64,000 bases of DNA. It comes from Macrostomum lignano. Its lineage: Eukaryota. The stretch lies in the NCBI GenBank assembly GCA_002269645.1, contig NIVC01000019.1:1054001-1118000 (forward strand), written 5' to 3'. The notes below the pieces were generated by a model. That model was not told the origin of the DNA. It worked only from the letters and a program-made list of their open reading frames with translations, and did no database searches. This document shows positions 1 through 10,600 of this stretch, in pieces. Numbering within the stretch: the first letter of the stretch is position 1; each line of letters starts with the position of its first letter. The translations under genes and the position numbers were made by a program.

Positions 1-1908
1 TTAAATTAGTTTAACTAAGAGTAATGTTTAAACGCACGCTTTCTAATAAATTAGTTATCGCGCATTTCAAAATTATCGTAGTTCATAAACATTACGAGCG
101 TACAAGTAAATCAATCATTCATCATTCAGCGTCGTTTAGATCTTTTTAATACATAAATATTCCGTTCTTTTTTCATCTTACTTCGAACAGACTATTTTAA
201 ACTCTTGGCTTTTCACACAAAGCATCATTAGTAGTGATGTTTAATTAAAATGGATTCAACAAACAGCATACTTAAATTCTTTCAAAATGTATTCACAGTT
301 TTGAATGCTTTGATGTAGTTTGTTTTTCTGATTAATAACTTTATCATCAAATTTTTATAGTCATCTACACTAAGCTAATAAAATTGGATTTTGACCAGAA
401 TCAATGCAAAATTAAAGACTAAATTTGTGATTTTTGTTTGCAGTTAGATATTGAGATTGAGACATAAGGACATTGCGATTCAAAACATTGTCTAAATATA
501 ATCACTGACAGGCGTTGAAAATTTCGATTTTTTAGATTTTTTGAAACAATTTTGACAAATAACTTTGAGATCAGCAACTGTAATACTTCATTATAATTTA
601 TTTTTTAAAACAAGTTTTAACTTTAGCTATTATAGTAAAGCAAGTATATATTAAACTGAGCTTTTAGCGTTTACTGCTTATTTTTGTACTATTTTCGCTT
701 TTGTTGTATATTTTATATTTGTTCTAGTATTTATGGCAAGAACTTTAACTCTTAAACACTTTCTTAATCTTGGCTCTAGCAGCTTTTGAATTTTTCATAA
801 TTATTTACATTTCTACAACTACATAGATAGAATTTCGTCGTGGTTCATAATCTATCTTTAATTTCTATCATGTTTTATAAAATCATTTTCATAAATATAA
901 AAATGTTTAAAAGAATTAATATCCATGACTACGAGGATGATTAACCATAAAAAATGTAATAGTTTTAATTTGTAGGAAGAAGTAAAATTTACTGTTTCGT
1001 GCAAAATTGTGTTGTCTATAGTAGCTGGTATTGTTGATATTTATTAATTAAGTTGCTTAGTCAATCCTATAGACTTGTAGAGTTTAGTCTCTTATACAAG
1101 CTTTTCCTGTACGTAAACCAACTGAAAATCAGTTAAAGGGAATATCAAAAACAAAGAGTTTAGTTCATTTTCCATATAATTCGTAATGTGCATAATGATT
1201 TCTATAAATAATCTGAATTAGCATTGTCTAGCATTGAAAACAGCCCACCAAGAACTCATTTAGATTTGTAAGTAAACTGCGGGACTCTTCTACCCATCGA
1301 AATGAATTCGAACTGAAGAAGGAATTGTACTTTAGCCGAGACGGCTTGACGCTCTGCAGACATTTGAATGAGCGCGGAGCACCGGGAAGAGAGGGGAAAT
1401 GCATGCGCTAGGCCGCCAATTTCTTCCGCTTCTTGCCTGGGAGAAGAGAAGCCGCTACTGACTTGGGGACGGAATGACGATGGGGAAGAGGAGTTAGTTA
1501 GAGAAAAATTCTCTCGGGGATGCGCCATGCTCGGGGCCTGTTGGGAAAATCAAGAGTGAGGGAAAGAGATCTGGAGGCCGAGGAAGAGAAGGGCGGAGAC
1601 GGCGCTGTCGCCATGAGCCGAAAAGGCGGAGTGGCTCTGGCAGTCGGTCTCTCTTCTTTTTTTCATCTGGCCTCCCGCCTCTCGATTGATTTCAACGCAA
1701 CTCCTCTCGATGTTTGCTCTCAGGGCTTCACTCTGCTCAGACCGACTCATTCCTCTTATTGGTCTCCCGCCGCCGTCAGGTTACACCGATTTTAAATGCT
1801 TTTAGTGTAGTGTTGCATTTTACATCGGAAAAGTCTGCAATACCACTTCAATCAGAAGTTAATGTAAAAAGGATCGTTCTGCGTGTGCTCAGGAGTCAGC
1901 GGAGTGCG

Positions 1909-3036
1909 CTGACACCCAATATGACCCTCCAGCTGACACCCAATATGACCTTCCAGCTCACACCCAATATGACCCTCCAGCTGACACCCAATATGACCTT
2001 CCAGCTGACACCCAATATGACCCTCCAGCTGACACCCAATATGACCCTCCAGCTGACACCCAATATGACCCTCCAGCTCACACCCAATATGACCTTCCAG
2101 CTCATACCCAATATGACCCTCCAGCTGACACCCAATATGACCTTCCAGCTGACACCCAATATGACCCTCCAGCTGACACTCAATATGACCCTCCAGCTCA
2201 CACCCAATATGACCCTCCAGCTGACACCCAATAAGACCCTCCAGCTGACACCCAATATGACCCTCCAGCTGACACCCAATATGACCTTCCAGCTCATACC
2301 CAATATGACCCTCCAGCTGACACCCAATATGACCTTCCAGCTCATACCCAATATGACCCTCCAGCTGACACCCAATATGACCCTCCAGCTGACACCCAAA
2401 ATGACCTTCCAGCTGACACCCAATATGACCCTCCAGCTGACACCCAAATGACCCTTCAGCTGACACCCAATATGACCCTCCAGCTGACACCCAATATGAC
2501 CCTCCAGCTGACACCCAATATGACCTTCCAGTTCATACCCAATATGACCCTCCAGCTGACACCCAATATGACCCTTCAGCTGACACCCAATATGACCTTC
2601 CAGCTGACACCCAATATGACCCTCCAGCTGACACCCAATATGACCCTCCAGCTGACACCCAATATGACCCTCCAGCTCACACCCAATATGACCCTCCAGC
2701 TGACACCCAATATGACCCTCCAGCTCACACCCAATATGACCCCTCCAGCTGGTATCCACTATGGCCCTCCAGCTGGTATCCACTATGGCCCTCCAGCTGG
2801 TATCCACTATGGCCCTCCAGCTGGTATCCACTATGGCCCTCCAGCTGGTATCCACTATGGCCCTCCAGCTGGTATCCACTATGGCCCTCCAGCTGGTATC
2901 CACTATGGCCCTCCAGCTGGTATCCACTATGGCCCTCCAGCTGGTATCCACTATGTCCCTCCAGCTGGTATCCACTATGGCCCTCCAGCTGGTATCCACT
3001 ATGGCCCTCCAGCTGGTATCCACTATGGCCCTCCAG
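1909..3036. repeat. Two-domain 24-bp minisatellite (ATGACCCTCCAGCTGACACCCAAT, then ATGGCCCTCCAGCTGGTATCCACT)
   Basis: Direct reading; unit switch near 2745. Confidence 0.95.
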
Positions 3037-3452
3037 CAGGCACCCTGAGGAAATTAAATATTTCAACGCGAATTGCGAGAAAAATAAATTTTAAGTGCAC
3101 AAAAGACTCGTATTGATAATCCATGCTTATCCATGAGTGCTGAAATATCAGCAAAAAAATGATACCCATATTCACCCATTACGAATACAATGCATAATAA
3201 ATTTCTGTGCTTCCCTAGCAGATTGGCAAATGCCAGTTTTGGGGAAAATTTTGACTTTTTTTCGCGCGTCTCTTGTTTGCCTTACAGTGTCGCCCTTTTC
3301 TGTTGCCAGTCAGGCTATGCGGGTTTTGGATCTGAATAATTTACTAAAGCGACTGTGCTTTATGGGCCTTCTGTTATAAGCGAGGCATATTCCGATCGAG
3401 TGCTTTAGTGGATTTTCGTGTCGGTAGCATTCAACGTTCCACTATAACCAAC

Positions 3453-3725
3453 TATGACCAATTAGAAGCTCTATATGACCCAATTAGTAGCTAATCTTTA
3501 TGACCCAAGTAGAAGCTAATCCTTATGACCAATTAGAAGCTAATCTTTATGACCAATTAGAAGCTTATCTTTATGACCCAATTAGAAGCCAATCTTTATG
3601 ACCCAATTAGAAGCTAATCTTTATGACCCAAGTAGAAGCTAATCTTTATGACCAATTAGAAGCTAATCTTTATGACCCAATTAGAAGCTAATCTTTATGA
3701 CCCAATTAGAAGCTAATATTTCTTT
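3453..3725. repeat. About 25-bp minisatellite (TATGACCCAATTAGAAGCTAATCTT) upstream of GluN1 ATG
   Basis: Direct reading. Confidence 0.9.
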
Positions 3726-3914
3726 ATGACCACCTGACAGCTAATTTCAATCATTAATTAATCATTAGCTCGTAAGCTAATATCGATGCACCTTGTCGAT
3801 ACGAGCTAATTTCATCGATTTATTTTACTCTTCTTAGCAGCAGAGCTCAGCCTAAGTCAACCCGATACAGAAGCAGCTAAAAAATCTCTGTTGTTCATGC
3901 CAATTCCCTAAGGA

Positions 3915-4619
3915 ATGCCGTCCTGCCTACTGAAAGTAGTATTCCTGGAGCTGCTGATCGTGATTCATCATCACCTGTACTACAGCCAGGCGCTCAAACC
4001 ATCCGGGAAGCTGGTCAAGGTGAACTTCACCGTTGCCGCCCTGCTTAGCAACGAGGAGACTTTAGCAAACTTTCGTAACGAGCTCCGGTCGCAGAGCGGC
4101 CGCCGAGTTTCGGTTGGCGAAGACACGGTGGTTGAGATGACGCTCAGCCCGCTAGCCGAGCAGGTGTCGGCCACGCCGCTGGAGACCGCCTATCAGATCT
4201 GCGACTCCGTGCTGAGCAAAACCAGCCGCCTGTTTGGCGTCATTGTCAGCCACCAGCACGACCGGTCTGAGATCGGGCCGCTCACCGCGTCATTCACCTG
4301 CTCGTTTTATCACATCCCATTGATTGGAGTCACGGCCAGGGACAGCAGCTTCTCAGACAAGTATTCGCACTCCAGCTTCCTGCGCACTGTGCCGCCCTAT
4401 TCTCAGCAGGCTGACGGCTGGGCTCAGCTCATTGCCGCATTCGATTGGACTCAGGTTGTGCTCATTCACAGCTCCGATGTGGAGGGCCGCATACTGTTAT
4501 CCAGGCTGGAGACCTTGTCTGAGCAGGCCAGCAGCAGATTCACCATCAGCAAAGCTGTTGAGCTGTACGATGATGATAGAAATTTCACTCGCGTGTTAGA
4601 GCCGGTTGCTAAAGAGCAG
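3915..4619 (+). CDS. GRIN1: GluN1 exon 1: signal peptide and ATD R1 lobe
   Basis: ATG 3915, hydrophobic N-terminus, [37 protein letters not shown] matches GluN1 ATD; donor CAG|GTGAGT at 4620, phase 0. Confidence 0.9.
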
Positions 4620-7600
4620 GTGAGTCTGGGATTAGTGAGTGAGGGATTAGGGAGTCTGGGGTTAGGGAATGAGGGGTTAGGGAGTGAGGGATTAGAGAGT
4701 AAGAGATTAGGGAGTGTGGGATTAACGAGTGTTGGATTAGTGATTGTGGGATTAGGGAAAATGGGATTAGGGAGTGTGGAGTTCCGAATTAAGGTTGGCA
4801 GCCAAATTTCAGCTAGTTCTGAAACTAACAAAGTTATGAATGCTAAACTCTAAATCGCATTAGGGCGCAAATATTCTCACTACTCTACTGTCAGTAACAA
4901 CCAACAGACATCGCCTTTAGTCATCACGGCCTCGCCTACCCGTGCCGCCTGCAGGTTCGCGCCATTCTACTCTACGCTCGCAAATCCGAAGCCGTCGATG
5001 TCCTGCTCGCCGCCCGCAGTCTGGGCATGTTCGCGCCCGACTGGGGCTGGCTCGTGTCCGAGCAGACTCTAGAGGGCGCTATGGACTTGGACTCCGCAGC
5101 CGCCGGTAGCTCGGTGCTGCCGCAGGGTGTTGTTGGCCTCAGGCTGAGCCGCGGCTCCGAGCGGCTGCACCTGATCGATGCTGTACGCGTCATGCGCACC
5201 GGCATCGAGCGCCTGATTGAGAAGCGGTGCCGGCCCGACCCCAGCTCGGATGACTGCGAAGAGCTGCTCAAAGTGAACTCACCGAGAAGTTGCAGTGAGA
5301 AATCCGGCGGATCAATTTTCGGGCGTCGGCGACGGCGTCGGCGAAGGTCGGTGCGCAGCATCGACGACCGACGGCATCGGGAGCGGCGCAACATCGGCTC
5401 ATTCAGGTTTAACACACGCCGCTATCGACGGTCGTACTCTTGGAAAGACGTTGGCAGCGCGCTTTACGAGTGAGCTAATCTTTGATTTTTGAGTTCGCGT
5501 TCGATTCTTTGGTTGGGATTTCCAGTTCAATATGAGTGTTGGGATTTCCCGTTGGTTATGAAGGTTGGGATTTCCAGTTGGTTATGAAGGTTGGGATTTC
5601 CCGTTGGTTATGAAGGTTGGGATTTCCAGTTGGTTATGAAGGTTGGGAATTCCCGTTGGTTATAAAGGTTGGGAATTCCCGTTGGTTATGAAGGTTGGGA
5701 ATTCCCGTTGGTTATGAAGGTTGGGAATTCCCGTTGGTTATGAAGGTTGGGATTTCCAGTTGAATATGAGTGTTGGGATTTCCCGTTGGTTATAAAGGTT
5801 GGGATTTCCAGTTGAATATGAGTGTTGGGATTTCCCGTTGGTTATAAAGGTTGGGATTTCCAGTTGAATATGAGTGTTGGGATTTCCCGTTGGTTATAAA
5901 GGTTGGGATTTCTCATTGGTTATGCATTGTTTCATTTGTTTGGAACTTCCTGATTTCCAATTGACGGCAAAGGTCAACCTTTATAAAACTCACGGGATTT
6001 CCCCTTTGCACTCAGGTCGCTCGTGGCGGTGGAATTCAACGACGGTGCCACCGGCCGTGTGGCGTTCGACGCCAACGGGGACCGGCGCCACGCAGTCTAC
6101 CAGATTGTCAACGCTGACGCCACAGGCCGTCTTATCCAAGTCGGCACCTACGGCGTCCCCATCACCATCGATCCGGCTGGCCCGTCGGCCGCCAGACCTC
6201 TTCCGGGTGTCAGTATCGCTGCTGGCCGAGATGCGATCGGCGTGGGCGGCTACGTCAGCCTGTTGAATGTGTCGATGGAGCTGGTGCGCTGGCCGGGCAA
6301 CATGACCTACAGGTGGGTAGCGGCTGCCTGCATGCTCTACTTGATCCTAATCTACCTGACCCTACTCTACCTGACCATATTCTACCAGACCCTAATTTAC
6401 CTGACCCTACTCTACCTGACCCTACTCTACCTGACCATATTCTACCTGACCCTACTCTACCTGAACCTACTCTACCTGACCCTACTCTACCTGAACCTAC
6501 TCTACCTGACCCTACTCTACCTGACCCCAATCTATACCTGACCCTACTCTACCTGACCCCAATCTATACCTGACCCCAATCTATACCTGACCCTACTCTA
6601 CCTGATCCCAATCTATACCTGACCCTACTCTACCTGACCCCAATCTATACCTGACCCTACTCTACCTGACCCCAATCTATACCTGACCCTACTTTACAGC
6701 TGACCCTATTATACCTGACCCCACCCGCTCCCAACTGCGCAGGCGCCACATGAAGGACACCTGCACGCCCGGCGGCCACGGTCGCTGCTGGCGCGGCGTT
6801 GGCCGAGGCGGCGGCGGCTCCCGCGAGGTCGCCGGGGCTCCGTTCAGCTTTAAGCGCAAGACCACCCTGCGCGTGGTGACCAAACTGAGCAAACCGTTCG
6901 TGCTCAACCGGACCAAGGAGGCCAATATGAGCTGCATGTACAATCCCAATCCAGTCAATTTTAGCGGCGAAGTCGACTGCACCTGGCAGGATCCGAACTC
7001 AGGTGAGCGACTCGTGCAGGTTCCAGGATACTGGGTGCGGCATTCACCCATCCGTTTGTGTGGGGTTGGAGTGTGTGGGATTGGAGTGTGTGGGATTGGA
7101 GTGTGTGGGATTGGAGTGTGTGGGGTTGGAGTGTGTGGGATTGGAGTGTGTGGGATTGGAGTGTGTGGGATTGGAGTGTGTGGGATTGGAGTGTGTGGGA
7201 TTGGAGTGTGTGGGATTGGAGTGTGTGGGATTGGAGTGCGTGGGATTGCAGTATGTGGCATTGAAGTGTGTGGCATTGGAATATGTGGGATTGGAGTGTG
7301 TGGGATTGGAGTGTGTGGGATTGGAGTGTGTGGGATTGGAGTGTGTGGGATTGGAGTCCCACCTTCTATCTAATCTCTATCTCACCTTTTATAAAATCTC
7401 TATCTCATGTGTGGCATTGGAGTGTGTGGCATTGGAGTGTGTGGGATTTGAGTGTGTGGGATTGAAGTGTGTCGCATTGAAGTGTGTGGGGTTGGAGTGT
7501 TTGGGATTGGAGTGTGTGGGGTTGGAGTGTGTGGGATTGGAGTGTGTGGGGTTGGAGTGTGTGGGATTGGAGTGCGTGGGATTGCAGTATGTGGCATTGA

Positions 7601-10600
7601 AGTGTGTGGCATTGGAATATGTGGGATTGGAGTGTGTGGGATTGCAGTTTGTGGGATTGGAGTGTGTGGGATTGGAGTCCCACCTTCTATCTAATCTCTA
7701 TCTCACCTACTATCTAATCTCTATCTCACCTTCTATCTAATCTCTATCTCACCTTTTATAAAATCTCTATCTCATGTGTGGCATTGGAGTGTGTGGAATT
7801 GGAGTGTGTGGGATTTGAGTGTGTGGGATTGAAGTGTGTCGCATAGAAGTGTGTGGGATTGGAGTGTGTGGGATTGGAGTCCCACCTTCTATCTAATCTC
7901 TATCTCACCTACTATCTAATCTCTATCTCACCTTCTATCTAATCTCTATCTCACCTTTTATAAAATCTCTATCTCATGTGTGGCATTGGAGTGTGTGGCA
8001 TTGGAGTGTGTGGGATTTGAGTGTGTGGGATTGAAGTGTGTCGCATAGAAGTGTGTGGGGTTGGAGTGTGTGGGATTGGAGTGTGTGGGATTGGAGTGTG
8101 GGATTGGAGTGTGTGGGATTGAAGTGTGTCGCATTGAAGTGTGTGGGATTGCAGTTTGTGGGATTGCAATGTGTGGGATTGCAATGTGTGGGATTGGAGT
8201 GTTTGTCATAAACTGTTGCCAAGACAAAGAAATATAAAAAATAGCAGCATCAAAGTATAGCATATAAAGTAGCGGTATACGAATATATATTATATATTTA
8301 ACACGCTCAAAAAACAGATAACCGCTCCGACCCAGCTCGAAACTCTGATTGGACCTTGCGCCAATCCTTAACAAAAGTTTTGTCAGCAGTTTTGCAAGCG
8401 AAGCAGCGTACAGAATAAAAGCAGAAATGGCACTAATAGTTTTAACGTAGAGCAGTTTAAACACGTGCATAAAATGAATGAAGCACTGCATTCATATATT
8501 ACATCAGCTGCGACTTGTTGCTGGGGGGCTCTAGCTCAGACTGAGCTCAGTTGCTTGGAAGAGAAATGCTCTCGCTTGAAACTTCAGGCTTCAGGCAGGC
8601 AGCTGCATGGCTCATCATATCTGCGTGTTTTCATAATTTTGTTTTCAAAGCGGTGGCTTTTTTTAGAAGAAGGGTTTTTAAATTAAAAAAGCATTGCTGT
8701 ACAGAGTTGGTGAATAGTGAAACGCTGTTTGACATTATCTTTGAAAATAAATGATAAAAATAAGTTGCGGAAGCAAGCGATTAGGCTAGTTATGTGGGGG
8801 GGGGTTGGTTCTGCTGGCAAAATTTATTGACTATTACAAAGCTTTAGAATTTATTACGCTAACAAGCAAAGCGACACTTCTTCGTAGTCTTTTGTTTTAT
8901 ATCATTGAAAACCAGAATATATGAAGACAAAAGATTGCTCAGAGACCACTGCCTTGACTTGCCTACAGTCATATTTAGGAGCGCTTCTGTTGCTAAACGT
9001 ACTACTATTATTAGCACGAGAGAGTTCGAAGCGGGGCTCGGGGGGTTGCATGCTTTGACAGCCTCGGGTCAGACTACAACCAGAGTGGTGATGGCCCTGG
9101 CCTCCAGGTCGCTGTCCTCAGGCACGGAGGTCATCAGGGTCACCCCTGGCCGAAGCTGCGGCCCCGGCGCTGACGGATTTTGCTCAGCCGGCGCCGCCGC
9201 AGCCGCCGAAGGCTCAGTCGGAGTTGAAGCAGCCGCTGCCGCCTTGTCCGGACTTTCAACTTGAGCCCTGACCACCTCCACTTCGGCCGCGCCTTCGGCA
9301 GCTCCGGGCTCGCCTTGCTGAGCTCCCGACGGAGTTTCAGCCGCTGATGGCGACTTCTTTGACGACGACTTGCCGCCGCCAGAGTGTCGATGGTGCCGGC
9401 CATTGTTTGGCGGCTTCTTGCTGTTGCCGTTGCTGCCGCCAGACGCTGCCGGAGCGTCGGCCGCCGCCACCATGGCCTGCAGCTCCAGCTCCTTCTCCTC
9501 GTCTCTGGCCAGCTCGGCGTTCTTGCGCTTGCTCCAGCCTTTGTACGCCATCATGGAGATGACGGTGATGAGCAGGAAGGCCACGCACAGGCCGATGATG
9601 ATGAGGAACGTGTGCCGGGACTGACTGCCGCTGCCCGACTTCCCATTGCCGTTAGAATCGGACTGGCGTGGCTTGGGCAGGAGGCACTGCGGCCGGCTGC
9701 TCAGCACCAGCCGGTTGGGATCGAAGCCTTCCGGACACGGCTCGGACAGATTGACAGCTCCGCTGATTGTTGAACTGAAATTGAAGCTGGCCAGCGGACT
9801 CGGCGCCTGTTTCACGCTGGCTGGCAGGCTGCAGAATGCGCCTTGTTGAACCTCTTCAATGGGGTTGCCAGACAGGTCCAAGCTGGATAGAGAGGCCAAG
9901 CCGAGCAGGGCGCGCTGTCCAATGACTCGAATGTCATTATTGGCCAGGTTGAGCTGTTCCAGCCATTTCATAATGCCGAAATTGCGATCGAACAGGCACG
10001 CCAGGCTGCCGTTGCTCAGGTCCAGCTCGCGCAGGCCGGTCAGCCCGGCCAGGACGCCGTTGCTAAGCCGACGGAATCGATGACCGCTCAGGTCGAGTCG
10101 GCGAAGCTTCTGCAGCCGGTCCAGCGCGTTGGGGATTTGATCCTCGGCTAGGCGAGCGTTCACTAGGCGGAGCGTCTGGGCGATTGGCAGGGATAAATAG
10201 GTGAACTAAGTTTATGTTCTTATCTTGTTAAATCACATCATTCTGAGCGAGACACCCAACGCTCACATTCGGTGTGGTTAGTTAGCTAGGTTCCTCTAAG
10301 CCCTGGACACGCACACTCTCATCGTCAAGCAAGCCAGTGTTCACTCTGTACCTTGGCTTAGCTCAGGGTTTTTGGCCTTCTAAATGTCTGTAGGGGAGAC
10401 GTGAATCGCACAAGTCTTACCTACAGATACTAAAATAACTACAATAGATGGGCCACTCAGGCATACATACTTAGCAAAACAGCTTTCTACTTTCAGTTCA
10501 GTAGCAAAGAAGAATACATAAGCTTTTTTTATAAAATAAGGCTTATTGGTTCAGCAATAATGTACATTTAGCCAGTCCACTGAAATGTACATGGCAGCTT

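Noticed and set aside
1-1250. AT-rich block at the window start as a foreign or mobile segment
   Set aside because: No ORF, TIR or motif found; similar AT-rich patches occur at 8.2-8.9 kb and 51.3-51.6 kb, so ordinary intergenic DNA is sufficient.
1714-3116. Long ORFs with (TPNMTLQL)n / (PPAGIHYG)n
   Set aside because: Open on both strands and in several frames, an artefact of 24-bp units; a 1-nt deletion near 2447 breaks the frame.
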